Shown one piece after another: positions 28,201 through 37,499 of a stretch of 59,395 nucleotides of DNA; within the stretch, counting starts at the first letter, position 1, and the number at the start of each line of letters is the position of its first letter. The DNA lies in assembly GCA_012840855.1 (NCBI GenBank), contig DUVX01000033.1:1-59395 (forward strand), read 5' to 3'. The notes under the pieces were generated by a model. It was given only the letters and a program-made list of their open reading frames with translations, was not told the DNA's origin and did not search any database. The translations under genes and the position numbers were made by a program. The stretch is from Bacillota bacterium. GTDB lineage: Bacteria; Bacillota; Dethiobacteria; DTU022.

Positions 28201-28321
28201 GAAGACCGCCGCTGGAAGCTGCCTGCTCACGGGCGCACCGGCTGAGGTGGCGCCGCAGCAGCTGCAGGAGCTGGGCCTCAGCATTAAATCCGCCTTAAAA
28301 GACGGCGGCCCAGACCGCTGA
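25244..28321 (+). CDS. hisS-aspS: Fused histidyl-tRNA synthetase / aspartyl-tRNA synthetase (1025 aa)
   Basis: HisRS motifs RPEGTA, FRYDRPQAGRYRQFHQ, RGLDYY, GGGRYD (to ~26500); AspRS motifs RRRDHGG, PEGARDY, FRDEDLRADRQPEF, PPHGG...DRL (from ~26561); no stop between them. Confidence 0.9.
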   Translation: MQYRAPRGTRDLLPGEIERWHFLEETFRGLCALYGYGEVRTPFFEQTDLFARSVGEESDIVSKEMYTFKDRSGRSLTLRPEGTAAVARAYLENNLKDRPQPIKLYYVGPMFRYDRPQAGRYRQFHQVGLELFGAAHPVADAEIIALSINFLKALHIDDFNLELNSVGCPRCRPAYGEELRGFLRSLKEELCSDCRRRFEENPLRALDCKEPRCRELVRQAPMMPQRLCAECRIHFAELQRILDGLKIPFLLNPRLVRGLDYYSRTAFEFVPREDRALGSLGGGGRYDYLVEYCGGPPVPGVGVALGIERLLTAAGAAAISPFSTAEPPLYIASAGEGLSPETLALAEGLRRRGIPVETELMERSLKGQMKYAGRKGFPAVLLIGSRELETGTVTLRRMDSGEQETVPRAGLAERLQREGLLPRRQEATAGGTAEGAEPPGCGELRAGDAGKELALRGWVQRRRDHGGLLFVDLRDRTGLVQLVFNSEGDRELFALAESLRSEYVIAVRGKVLRRDPDQRNPALKTGEIEIQVAHLEILNRSKTPPFYIEDGLHVDENLRLRYRYLDLRRPENYRRLALRHRAVKLIRDYLDGCGFLEIETPALTRSTPEGARDYLVPSRSSPGSFYALPQSPQLFKQLLMVGGVERYFQIARCFRDEDLRADRQPEFTQIDIEASFMERERLFAIMEGMMALLYSGLLGYELPRPFLRLTYREAMERYGTDKPDLRFGMELIDCSEPARESEFKVFRSALEAGGAVKALRAPGKGGYSRRELDELVALAVGWGAGGLAWLIREEQGWRSPIAKFFSPALLEKIGELAGAVPGDLLLFAAGDRSLCNEVLGRMRLHLAPESLPAEPHFLWVVDFPLFEYDPLEKRLTPAHHPFTAPREEDLPLLESEPLAVRSQAYDLVLNGVELGSGSNRIHRREIQWRIFRELGISEDEAMEKFSFLLEALEYGAPPHGGIALGLDRLVALFTGDESIRQVIAFPKTAAGSCLLTGAPAEVAPQQLQELGLSIKSALKDGGPDR

Positions 28322-28592
28322 AGGCGTCAATGAGGTCATGCATCACCCCGGCGCCGCGGGAGATGATCAGCCCGGTGAGCAGGTAGTCGATATAGGTGCA
28401 GCGGATGAAACCGCCGCCGGCGATGGCCAGCAGGCCGCGGTCGGTAAGGTAGCAGACCAGGACGCCCAGAACGGCAGCGAGCAGCTTTGCCGGCAGCCGT
28501 CTGAGGAGGGGAAAAGATCCCCGCAGGGCCTCGGTGATAAATTCCACCACCACGGCCAGGTAAAAGAGAACGATGAGGGCTTCAGTCAACAT
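28284..28592 (-). CDS. Small membrane protein, holin-like
   Basis: 102 aa with ~3 hydrophobic segments, LTGLIISRGA..HDL motif; SD GAGGAGG; converges on and overlaps the aspS end. Confidence 0.6.
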   Translation of the reverse strand: MLTEALIVLFYLAVVVEFITEALRGSFPLLRRLPAKLLAAVLGVLVCYLTDRGLLAIAGGGFIRCTYIDYLLTGLIISRGAGVMHDLIDAFSGLGRRLLRRI

Positions 28593-28710
28593 CTTTACGG
28601 TCCTCCTCTCTATCTCCGGTGATCTATGATATGCTTGCTCACCATCAGGCGCCTTTAGGTTGGCCCTGCCTCCGGGCGCTTTGTTTTCCAGGATGTTACT
28701 TTTAGTTTGC

Positions 28711-28739
28711 TTGATTCTTGTTCTGAAATATGCTATGAT
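28711..28739 (+). promoter_or_regulatory. sigmaA promoter of 6S RNA
   Basis: TTGATT-N17-TATGAT with extended TG. Confidence 0.75.
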
Positions 28740-28749
28740 CCGGGTGCAC

Positions 28750-28932
28750 AAGGACCCTGCTGTGTTCGTGTCTACCGGTAAAGTTTTGAGCTAACACATG
28801 ATTCTCGGGAGCCTGGTCTTTAGCTGTGGCGTAGCAGCCTCCCTTGAGAGGACCTACAAAGCAGTTAAGAGGGCACCCACTTTTTGGGGGAACAGTTCAA
28901 AACCCAACGGTCCACGGCATAGCGGGGTTTTT
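28750..28932 (+). ncRNA. ssrS: 6S RNA
   Basis: Closing stem GACCCTGCTGTGTTCGTG (28753-28770) pairs with CACGGCATAGCGGGGTT (28913-28929); ~180 nt; GGGAGC/GGCACCCAC core; usual position downstream of aspS. Confidence 0.85.
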
Positions 28933-28956
28933 TTGGTTGGAAAGGAGGAGTTGCCC

Positions 28957-30282
28957 TTGCCCCTCTTGATAGACGAACTCTCCACCCGGATCAGACAGGG
29001 CCTTCAGGAAGGTGTTCATCCGGGAGATCTGCTCGAACTGCTCGATCAGCTCAGCGACGAAGAGAAAACAGAGATATTGAAGCTGCTCTCTGACGACGAA
29101 GTGACGGCGCTGATCCAGGAGATGGAGCGTTTTGAGCAGGTATCTCTTTTTCGCCTTCTTGATTACGGCCGGGCTCCCGCTGTTCTTAAAGCGATGGCTT
29201 CCGACGATGCCGTCGATTTGCTAGGCGAGCTGTCGCCGGAGGAGATCGCCGCTTTGCTGCCGCTGGTGGATGAGGAGGGCGCCAAGTTCAGCGGGCTGCT
29301 GAAGTATCCCGAGGAGAGCGCCGGGGGGATCATGACTACTGAGTATATCTCCCTGCCGGCCGATCTGCCCGTGGAAGAAGCGATTGCACGGCTGCGCGAG
29401 ATCGCGCCCCAGGCGGAGACGATCTACTATGTATTTGTCGTTGATCTGGAAAACCGGCTCATCGGCGTGCTCTCGCTACGTGACCTCATCGCCGCTCCCG
29501 ATGGCACCCCGCTTAAAGAGATCATGCGGCACAACGTGATCAGCGTCAATGCCGCGCTCGATCAGGAAGAAGTCGCCCGGGTGGTGGTGAAATACGATCT
29601 GCTTGCTCTGCCGGTGGTCGACGACAGCAACCGCCTTCTGGGAATTATCACTTTTGACGACATCATGGATGTTCTGGAGCAAGAGGCCACGGAGGATATC
29701 TACCGCCTCGCCGGGGCCGGCGAGGTCACCGGCGTGGAGCTCATGGAGGCTTCCGCCTACCAGGTCGCCTGGCATCGCACTCCCTGGCTACTGCTGAGCA
29801 TGCTCGGGGGGATCGCGGCCGGTTACATTATGAGCACCTTCGAAAGCACCCTGGAAGCGATCCTGGTGCTCGCTTTCTTTATCCCGGTGATTATGGATAT
29901 GGGGGGCAATGTGAGCACACAGTCCTCGACGATCTTTGTCCGGGGGATCGCCACCGGGGAGATCAAGGGAAACGGTATCTGGCGGTATCTTTTTCGTGAG
30001 ATACGGGTGGGGCTTTTGATGGGGGTTCTCTTCGGTCTGCTGGTGGCCGCAGCAGCGTTGCTCTGGCGGGGAAACCCCGTTTTGGGGCTCGTTGTCGGCA
30101 CCTCCATGATCGCCACCATCTCGCTCGCCACGATTATCGGCACGCTGGTCCCGCTATTTTTTCACAAGCTTAAAATAGATCCGGCGATAACCTCGGGGCC
30201 CCTGGTGACGACGATCAAGGATATCACCGGCCTGCTCATCTATTTCGGAATGGCTACTCTTTTTCTTGATTATCTTTGTTGA
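28957..30282 (+). CDS. mgtE: Magnesium transporter MgtE
   Basis: N-domain, CBS pair (SAGGIMT), MGGNVSTQS, DPAITSGPLVTTIKD; SD AAAGGAGG then TTG. Confidence 0.93.
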   Translation: MPLLIDELSTRIRQGLQEGVHPGDLLELLDQLSDEEKTEILKLLSDDEVTALIQEMERFEQVSLFRLLDYGRAPAVLKAMASDDAVDLLGELSPEEIAALLPLVDEEGAKFSGLLKYPEESAGGIMTTEYISLPADLPVEEAIARLREIAPQAETIYYVFVVDLENRLIGVLSLRDLIAAPDGTPLKEIMRHNVISVNAALDQEEVARVVVKYDLLALPVVDDSNRLLGIITFDDIMDVLEQEATEDIYRLAGAGEVTGVELMEASAYQVAWHRTPWLLLSMLGGIAAGYIMSTFESTLEAILVLAFFIPVIMDMGGNVSTQSSTIFVRGIATGEIKGNGIWRYLFREIRVGLLMGVLFGLLVAAAALLWRGNPVLGLVVGTSMIATISLATIIGTLVPLFFHKLKIDPAITSGPLVTTIKDITGLLIYFGMATLFLDYLC

Positions 30283-30544
30283 GATGTCAGCCGGCGACAG
30301 GTTGCCATATTAAATGCAGCACCCGCTCTTTTTGCTGTTGCGAAAATTTTTATCCTGCTTGAAAGAAGAGATCGGTTGCGGATAATGGCGAGATAGCACG
30401 AGGGCCGGCGGCGGAATCGATCTAAAAACAACAAAATAGGTCAGCATACCCGAATATACATTACATAAAATTGTATATACTGTTAATTACTAGTGAGAAG
30501 AGGATGGTTTATTCCTCTTTTTTTTTATTTGGTGCCTTTTACAG

Positions 30545-30606
30545 GCAGGAGATCGGTAAAGTGGCGCGAATTGAATATCAGGTGGTGGATTGTGGGGTAA
30601 AGTGGG
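30545..30606 (+). promoter_or_regulatory. sigmaH-type promoter and MraZ-binding repeats upstream of the dcw cluster
   Basis: GCAGGA-N17-GAAT (30545-30571); GTGG(T/G) at 30582, 30592 and 30602 with 10-bp period. Confidence 0.7.
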
Positions 30607-30616
30607 TGAGGCGGGC

Positions 30617-31048
30617 GTGTTTACCGGTGAATATCTACATACGCTCGATCAAAAGAGTCGGGTGATCATTCCCGCCAGGTTCCGGGAGGAGCTGGGGGAT
30701 ACCTTTATGATCTCCCGCGGCCTCGACCGGTGTATCTTTGTCTACCACCTTAATGAATGGAGCAAGATCGAACAGAAGGTCAAAGAGCTGCCCCTGACCA
30801 GGAGCGATGCACGGGCTTTTACTCGCTACCTCTTTTCCGGCGCCGCCGAAGTAGAGACGGATCGGCAGGGGCGGGTCTTAATCCCCCAGGGCTTGCGCGA
30901 GTACGCCCGTATTGAAAAAGAGGTTATGATCATCGGCGTCTCCAACCGCGTGGAAGTATGGAGCGCCGAGGCCTGGAAAGAATATACCAGCGCGGAAAAT
31001 CTTGATTTCGAGGCCGCTGCCGAAAAACTGGCGGATCTTGTTTTCTGA
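30617..31048 (+). CDS. mraZ: Division/cell wall cluster repressor MraZ
   Basis: FTGEY.HTLD.K.R.IIP, DRQGRVLIP, GV.NRVEVW. Confidence 0.95.
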   Translation: MFTGEYLHTLDQKSRVIIPARFREELGDTFMISRGLDRCIFVYHLNEWSKIEQKVKELPLTRSDARAFTRYLFSGAAEVETDRQGRVLIPQGLREYARIEKEVMIIGVSNRVEVWSAEAWKEYTSAENLDFEAAAEKLADLVF

Positions 31049-31061
31049 TCGGAGGACGGCG

Positions 31062-32021
31062 ATGATCGAAAAACATATTCCGGTAATGGTTGAAGAGGTA
31101 ATTTTTTACCTCAACTGCCGTGACAGCGGTATCTATGTGGATGCTACCGTGGGGGACGGCGGGCACGCCGCCGCCATCTGCAGAACGCTGGGGCCTGACG
31201 GGTTCCTCATCGGTCTGGACTGGGACGGTGCGGCTCTAGAGCGGGCCGCTGAAAGACTGGCGAAATTTAAGGGGAAATTTATCCTGCGCCAGCGCAGTTA
31301 TGCCGGCCTCAGTGAGGTCCTGGAAGAGGAGGGGATCTCCCAGGTGGATGGAATCTTGCTGGATCTCGGCGTCTCCACGCTACAGCTGAGCGATCCCTCG
31401 CGCGGTTTTTCATACCAGCAGGATGAACCGCTCGATATGCGCATGGATCATCGCCTGGAAAAGAGCGCTGCCGATCTGGTCAACGGCCTGCCGCAGGCGG
31501 AGCTATCTCGACTGATCTACCGCTATGGGGAGGAGAGGTGGGCCCGGCGGATTGCAGCAGGGATCGTGTCGACTCGCAAAAAAAGCGGCCCCATCGAAAG
31601 CGGAGCGGCGCTGGCTGAGGTGATCAAAAGGGCGATCCCGGCGGCGGCACGCCGTAAGGGCGGCCACCCCGCGCGGCGCACATTTCAGGCGCTACGCATC
31701 GCCGTCAACGGCGAGCTGGATAATATTGAAGCTGTTCTGCCACAGGCGGTGACAACGCTGCGGCCCGGGGGGAGGATCTGCGTCATCGCTTATCATTCCC
31801 TGGAGGATCGCATTGTAAAGCGTTTCTTCCGGAAGCGCTCCCGCCGCTGCAGCTGTCCGCCCATGGTTCCCTGCACCTGCGGTGGGGATGGGGAGCTGAT
31901 CCGGATAACCCGGAAGGCGGTGCGGCCCTCCGCCGAAGAGGTGAGAGACAATTTCCGCGCCCGCAGTGCGCTGCTACGTGCTGCGGAGAGGAGCGTTCTA
32001 TCGAGCGAGGAAGGTGCATAA
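31062..32021 (+). CDS. rsmH: 16S rRNA m4C1402 methyltransferase
   Basis: HIPVM, DATVGDGGH, DLGVS, PLDMRM, FQALRIAVN, HSLEDR. Confidence 0.96.
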   Translation: MIEKHIPVMVEEVIFYLNCRDSGIYVDATVGDGGHAAAICRTLGPDGFLIGLDWDGAALERAAERLAKFKGKFILRQRSYAGLSEVLEEEGISQVDGILLDLGVSTLQLSDPSRGFSYQQDEPLDMRMDHRLEKSAADLVNGLPQAELSRLIYRYGEERWARRIAAGIVSTRKKSGPIESGAALAEVIKRAIPAAARRKGGHPARRTFQALRIAVNGELDNIEAVLPQAVTTLRPGGRICVIAYHSLEDRIVKRFFRKRSRRCSCPPMVPCTCGGDGELIRITRKAVRPSAEEVRDNFRARSALLRAAERSVLSSEEGA

Positions 32022-32023
32022 CA

Positions 32024-32419
32024 GTGTTACAGGCCAGAAAAGCAGCTCTACCCCTCCGGCCCGTACCGGAGCCGCCTTACGGGGCGGCGGGGAAGCTGCA
32101 GACAAAAACTAAAGATCGCCGCAAGGGCTTGAAAGGTATATCGCTTATTCTACTGCTCGGCTGCTTTTTTTTCGGCCTGGTGGTTATCGCCCAGTATTCA
32201 TCGATCGTGACTTTGAACTATCGGCTTTATCAGGCCGAAACGAGGATCAAGGAGCTCGACGAAGAATATCGTCAGCTTGAGCAGCAGGCCGCCCGGTTGA
32301 GTTCCCTTTCGCGCATCGAGACCATCGCCCGCACGGAGCTGGGCATGCGCGAACCGGAAAGCGGCCAGCTGATGGTCGTGACGGCGGGGCGGGAAGAGAG
32401 TTCGTCGCCGGGGGAGTGA
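32024..32419 (+). CDS. ftsL: Cell division protein FtsL
   Basis: TM plus coiled coil, RIETIARTELGM; synteny. Confidence 0.85.
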   Translation: MLQARKAALPLRPVPEPPYGAAGKLQTKTKDRRKGLKGISLILLLGCFFFGLVVIAQYSSIVTLNYRLYQAETRIKELDEEYRQLEQQAARLSSLSRIETIARTELGMREPESGQLMVVTAGREESSSPGE

Positions 32420-32426
32420 ACGCTCC

Positions 32427-34523
32427 TTGTTGGAAAGCCAAGTGACGCTTTCAGCAGTGCGCCGCAGGGTTGCGGTCCTGTTTTTCGTGGTAGTTATAGC
32501 GGTGGTTGCGCTCATCGGCCGGCTGGCCTGGTTACAGATATTTCGCTCCGAGAAACTCTACGCTGCCGCCTGGGAGCAGTGGAACCGCAGTGTTCCGGCG
32601 CGGTCACCGCGAGGGTCGATCTATGATCGCGAGGGAAGGATCCTTGCCGGCAGCATTACTGTGGATACGATCACGGCTCTCCCGGCTCAGGTGGAGGATC
32701 CCCCGGGGACGGCCCGGGCGCTGGCCCCACTTCTGGAGATGCCGGAGGAGGAGCTCCTGGAGCGCCTGACCATGGAGCGAAGCTCCATCTATCTGAAGAG
32801 GAAAGTGCCGCCGGAGGTCTCGCAGGAGGTGCGCGAGCTCGATCTGCCGGGGATCGTCTTTACCCCCGAGGGGCAGCGTTATTACCCCAACGGATCGCTC
32901 GCCTCCCAGCTGCTCGGTTTTGTTGGGATGGACGAAGGGTTGGCGGGGCTGGAGAGCTACTATGAAAAATATCTTCAGGGAAAAGAGGGCTACCTGCTCT
33001 TCCCCTCCGATAATTTGGGCCGGCAGATTCCGCATGAGGTGAAGCGTTTCGTCCCGCCCAAGGAAGGGATGGATCTACACCTCACTGTTGATGAGACGAT
33101 TCAGTATATTGTGGAGCGTGAGCTTGCCCGGGCGATGATCGAGTTTCAACCGAAAGGAGCCCTCGCCATAGCCGCTGATCCGAAGACGGGGGCAATCCTG
33201 GCGGCGGCTTCGAAACCGGACTACGACCCGATGAATTATGAGGAAGGCGAGGACTACTGGGCCCTCACTCCGGTTACAGGCTCCTATGAACCGGGCTCGA
33301 CCTTCAAACTGGTGACGCTCTGCGCCGCCGTGGAGGAGGGGCTCTACAATGAAAAAGAGCATTTTTATTGCCGGGGCTTCGCCACTGTGGGCGGCCACAA
33401 TATCAGGTGCTGGACAGGAAGCGGTCACGGCAGTATTACATATCTTGAAGCGGTGGAGAGCTCCTGCAACCCCGCCTTTATGCAGCTCGGGGAGAGGCTC
33501 GGCGCGGAGAGGCTCTTCGGCTATATCCGCGCTTTCGGCTGCGGTGAACGCAGCGGTATCGACTACCCCGGGGAGGGCGAGGGGCTAATTTTCGAGCCGG
33601 AGCAGGTCGGACCGGTAGAGCTGGCCACCAGCTCTTTTGGCCAGGGAATCTCGGTAACGCCGCTGCAGCAGCTCATGGTAGTCTCCGCCATCGCCAACGG
33701 CGGCAACCTGATGAAGCCTTACCTGGTGGAAAAAATCTGCAACCTGGAAGGGAAAGCGGTCTACGAGCGGGAGCCGGAGATCGTCCGTCAGGTTATTGCA
33801 AAATCAACTGCCGATAAGGTTATCTGGCTCATGGAGAATGTGACGCTGCACGGCAGCGCCATGAATGCGGCCATCGAGGGTTACCGCATCGCTGCGAAGA
33901 CGGGCACAGCGGAAAAGGTGGGGGCCGGGGGCGCCTATATCGGCGGCGAGTATATCGTCTCTCTCGTCGGTTTTGTTCCCGCCGAAGATCCGCAGATCGT
34001 GCTCTACGTAGCCGTCGATGGAGCGACCCGCGGTGTTCAGTGGGGCTCCCAGATCGGTGCCCCCATATTCAAGCGGATCATGACCGATGTGCTCAACTAC
34101 CTGCAGGTACCTCCCTCAAAGGGCGAGGCGCTGCCGGAGGCAAAACCGGTGAAGGTGCCCGATCTGATGGGGCTGAGCGCCGATGAAGCGGCGGCAAAGC
34201 TGGAGACCGCCGGGCTGATGTTAAGATTGGTCGGAGAAGGGCAATCTATTGTTAATCAGACCCCGAAATCGGGAGCGTCGGTGCCCCGGCAGACACAGAT
34301 TGTGGTTTACCTGAGCGATGAAGAGAATCGCTCTGATCAGATCAGCCTGCCCGATCTGCGCGGCTTCACAATGAAGGAAGCGGGGGAGGTGCTCACCTGG
34401 CTGGGCCTTTACCTGCAAGCGGAGGGATCGGGTATCGCTGTGGAGCAGAACCCTTCCGCCGGCACCCCCATCGAGGCGGGTGAGGCTGTTGAAGTATTGT
34501 TTGAAGCTCCCATGGAGCGCTAG
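32427..34523 (+). CDS. spoVD: Class B penicillin-binding protein (SpoVD/FtsI) with two PASTA domains
   Basis: RGSIYDR, EPGSTFK (SxxK), SCN, KTGTA. Confidence 0.88.
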   Translation: MLESQVTLSAVRRRVAVLFFVVVIAVVALIGRLAWLQIFRSEKLYAAAWEQWNRSVPARSPRGSIYDREGRILAGSITVDTITALPAQVEDPPGTARALAPLLEMPEEELLERLTMERSSIYLKRKVPPEVSQEVRELDLPGIVFTPEGQRYYPNGSLASQLLGFVGMDEGLAGLESYYEKYLQGKEGYLLFPSDNLGRQIPHEVKRFVPPKEGMDLHLTVDETIQYIVERELARAMIEFQPKGALAIAADPKTGAILAAASKPDYDPMNYEEGEDYWALTPVTGSYEPGSTFKLVTLCAAVEEGLYNEKEHFYCRGFATVGGHNIRCWTGSGHGSITYLEAVESSCNPAFMQLGERLGAERLFGYIRAFGCGERSGIDYPGEGEGLIFEPEQVGPVELATSSFGQGISVTPLQQLMVVSAIANGGNLMKPYLVEKICNLEGKAVYEREPEIVRQVIAKSTADKVIWLMENVTLHGSAMNAAIEGYRIAAKTGTAEKVGAGGAYIGGEYIVSLVGFVPAEDPQIVLYVAVDGATRGVQWGSQIGAPIFKRIMTDVLNYLQVPPSKGEALPEAKPVKVPDLMGLSADEAAAKLETAGLMLRLVGEGQSIVNQTPKSGASVPRQTQIVVYLSDEENRSDQISLPDLRGFTMKEAGEVLTWLGLYLQAEGSGIAVEQNPSAGTPIEAGEAVEVLFEAPMER

Positions 34524-34618
34524 GAAGCGCCGGCACAGCTTTCTCTTCCGGGAATATGATAAGATTACGGATTCATGGGTGTAATCCGGCAATTAATCCG
34601 GAAGAGGAATGAGGGAAG

Positions 34619-36121
34619 ATGGATCTGAAAACGCTATTGAAGACGCTGCTGTTAAAAGAGATAGAGGGTGAGGTTGCCGGTGAGGTGAGCGGGTTGGCCT
34701 GTCACAGCAAAAAAGTTGAAGAGGGCGCGCTTTTTTTTGCCCTCAGCGGCCGACGCGAAGAGGGCTGGCGCCATGCTGGGGAGGCTTTTCAAAGGGGGGC
34801 CCTGGCGGCGGTGGTGGAGAAGGGCTGCCCCCTTGGGGGTTATCCGCTGATCCGCGTTCCCGTCGTCAGGACGGCCCTGGCCCTTTTAGCCGATCGCTTT
34901 TACGGCCATCCTTCGCGTGATTTTCGGCTCATCGGGGTAACGGGAACGAATGGCAAGACGACCACATCCCACCTCATCGATGCTCTTTTCCGGGCGCGCG
35001 GCGGGGTCACCGGGCTGCTGGGCACGATCTGCCATCGCCTGGGCGATGAAACGAGGGCGGCCACGGCGACGACGCCGGAAGCCCACGAGCTGCAGGGGAT
35101 GCTCTCCCGGCTTTCCGGGATGGGGGCCTCTCATGTAACTATGGAGGTCTCTTCGCATGCTCTGGTCCAGGAGCGGGTTTTGGGATGCCACTTTGATGTG
35201 GCTGTCTTAACCAATATCACCAGCGAGCATCTGGACTTTCATAAGAACCTCGCCGCCTACCTGAAAGCAAAAACAAAGCTCTTTGCCCACAGGGGTTGGG
35301 ACGGGGCGGCGGGCCCGGCGGCGGCGGTGCTCAATGCAGACTGCCGCTATTACCCTTATATCAGGCGCTGGACGAGCGGTCAGTGCATCACCTACGGGAT
35401 CGATTCGCCAGCGGAGGTGCAGGCGGTGGAGTGTCGCTGCAGCGCTGGGGGGATCTCCTTCCGGGTTCTCTCTTTTGCCGGGAGCGAGCGCTTTCGACTA
35501 CCTTTAAAGGGGCGTTTTAATATTTACAACGCCCTGGCGGCTATCTCCACGGGGCTGGTAGAAGGGTTGGCTTTAACGGAGATGGCGCCGGTTCTAGAGA
35601 ACTTTTCGGGGGTGCCCGGCCGCTTTGAGCCGGTAGAGGCAGGCCAGGACTACCCCGTGCTGATCGACTATGCCCATACGCCCGATGGGCTGGCCAGCTC
35701 CCTGCAGGCGGCCCGCGAGATCACGCCCGGGCGGGTTATCGTTGTTTTTGGGTGCGGGGGGGAACGGGATCGCAGCAAGCGCGCTCTGATGGGGGAGGCT
35801 GCGGGGAACTACAGCGATCTGGTATTCCTCACCGATGACAACCCCAGAGGCGAGGATCCGCGCCAGATCACCGCCGAAGTGCTCCCGGGCCTGGAGCGCA
35901 GCAGCCCGGCAGAGGGTTACCGGGTGCTCCATGACCGCCGGGAGGCCATCGCAGCCGCTCTCGAAGAGGCGGGAGAAGGCGATCTTGTTCTTATCGCCGG
36001 CAAGGGCCATGAGGAGGAGCAGGTGTACGGCGGACAGAGAATAAAATTTTCCGATCGCGAGGTGGCGGCGGAGCTCATCCGGAGCCGTCTTGAGGGGAGA
36101 GAGATGCTCAGTGTTAATTAA
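34619..36121 (+). CDS. murE: UDP-MurNAc-tripeptide ligase (meso-DAP type)
   Basis: GVTGTNGKTT, MEVSSH, DYAHTPD, DNPR, AGKGHE. Confidence 0.95.
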   Translation: MDLKTLLKTLLLKEIEGEVAGEVSGLACHSKKVEEGALFFALSGRREEGWRHAGEAFQRGALAAVVEKGCPLGGYPLIRVPVVRTALALLADRFYGHPSRDFRLIGVTGTNGKTTTSHLIDALFRARGGVTGLLGTICHRLGDETRAATATTPEAHELQGMLSRLSGMGASHVTMEVSSHALVQERVLGCHFDVAVLTNITSEHLDFHKNLAAYLKAKTKLFAHRGWDGAAGPAAAVLNADCRYYPYIRRWTSGQCITYGIDSPAEVQAVECRCSAGGISFRVLSFAGSERFRLPLKGRFNIYNALAAISTGLVEGLALTEMAPVLENFSGVPGRFEPVEAGQDYPVLIDYAHTPDGLASSLQAAREITPGRVIVVFGCGGERDRSKRALMGEAAGNYSDLVFLTDDNPRGEDPRQITAEVLPGLERSSPAEGYRVLHDRREAIAAALEEAGEGDLVLIAGKGHEEEQVYGGQRIKFSDREVAAELIRSRLEGREMLSVN

Positions 36122-37499
36122 AGGAACCGACCTGCTCAAAGCCTGCCGGGGCGAGCTGCTTCAGGGAGATCCGGAGCAGCTCATCACCGGGTTTTCCATC
36201 GACAGCCGCACTACCGAGAAAGGGGATTTTTTCGTGCCTTTGCGCGGCGAAAAAGAGGACGGGCATCGCTATATTAGCAGTGCCGCCGCCGCCGGCGCCT
36301 GCGGCTCTTTCTGTTCCCAGGGCCCGCCCGTGGGGCTGGCGCCTAATTTTTTGCTCATCGGAGTGCCCGATGTTCTCGAAGCGCTGCAGCAGGCGGCCGC
36401 CTATCACCGCCGCCGCTTCGAGTTGCCGATAATCGGCGTAACCGGCAGCAGCGGCAAGACGACAACAAAAGATCTTATCGCCGCTGTCCTCTCCGGCGGA
36501 CCGAAAGTGCTGAAGAGCGAGGGCAATCTGAACAACGAGATCGGGCTGCCCCTGACCCTGCTGCGCCTCGATAAGGACTGCGCAGCGGCGGTGCTGGAGA
36601 TGGGCATGAGCGCACCGGGCGAGATCGCTCTGCTGGCACGGCTGGCGGGGCCGCATTTCGGGGTGATCACCAATATCGGGACCGCCCACCTGGAATCGCT
36701 GGGCAGCCGGGCGGCGATTGCGTCGGCGAAAGAGGAGCTGCTCGACGCCATTGGCGTCCGGGGGACTGCAGTTTTGAACGCCGATGATCGCTTCCTGCAG
36801 GAGATGGGGGCCCGCTTCAAAGGCAGGCTTTACACTTTCGGCTTCTCGCGCAGCGATCTCCGGGCTTCTTCCTACAGGCTGCAGGGGGAGAGCAGCCATT
36901 TCGAAGTATCTTTTCCCGGGGGCGAGGGGGGCTCTTTCAGCCTGCCGCTGCCCGGGCGGCACTTTGTCAGCAACGCTCTCGCCGCCCTGGCTATCGGTTA
37001 TCTTCAGGGGGTGAGCCTGCCGGAGATGAGATCCCGGCTAGAGGGAACGCAGATTACCGGGGGGCGGCTGCAGATCTTCACGAACAGGGTGGGGATAAAG
37101 ATCATCGACGACAGCTATAATGCCAATCCCGATTCTGTGAGAGCGGCGCTGGAGGTGCTCCGGGAGCTGGGCGGATCCAATACTATCGCTGTCCTGGGGG
37201 AGATGCTGGAGCTGGGGCCCTCGGAAAAAGAGCTGCACCGCAAGATCGGGCGCTATGCTGCCGGCTGCCGCATCGGCGCTCTTATCGGGGTGGGCCCGCT
37301 CGGGGCTGAGATCGCCGCCGCCGCTGCGGCTGCTGGGCTCACTGCCCGGGCTTGCGACGACCGCAGAGCAGCGGTAAAGGCGGTGCGGGCGCTCTCGCCG
37401 GCCCCCGGCTGCTATATCCTGGTGAAGGGTTCGCGGGGGATGCGTATGGAGGCGATTGTAGAGGAACTGAAGGACGGGGCGGAAGGAGATTCGGAATAG
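36111..37499 (+). CDS. murF: UDP-MurNAc-tripeptide--D-Ala-D-Ala ligase
   Basis: IDSR, GVTGSSGKTT, NNEIGLP, DDSYNANP, KGSRGM. Confidence 0.95.
   Translation: MLIKGTDLLKACRGELLQGDPEQLITGFSIDSRTTEKGDFFVPLRGEKEDGHRYISSAAAAGACGSFCSQGPPVGLAPNFLLIGVPDVLEALQQAAAYHRRRFELPIIGVTGSSGKTTTKDLIAAVLSGGPKVLKSEGNLNNEIGLPLTLLRLDKDCAAAVLEMGMSAPGEIALLARLAGPHFGVITNIGTAHLESLGSRAAIASAKEELLDAIGVRGTAVLNADDRFLQEMGARFKGRLYTFGFSRSDLRASSYRLQGESSHFEVSFPGGEGGSFSLPLPGRHFVSNALAALAIGYLQGVSLPEMRSRLEGTQITGGRLQIFTNRVGIKIIDDSYNANPDSVRAALEVLRELGGSNTIAVLGEMLELGPSEKELHRKIGRYAAGCRIGALIGVGPLGAEIAAAAAAAGLTARACDDRRAAVKAVRALSPAPGCYILVKGSRGMRMEAIVEELKDGAEGDSE

Noticed and set aside
28798-28956. N-terminal extension of MgtE or an M-box riboswitch
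   Set aside because: The region is 6S RNA; a strong SD places the mgtE start at ~28957
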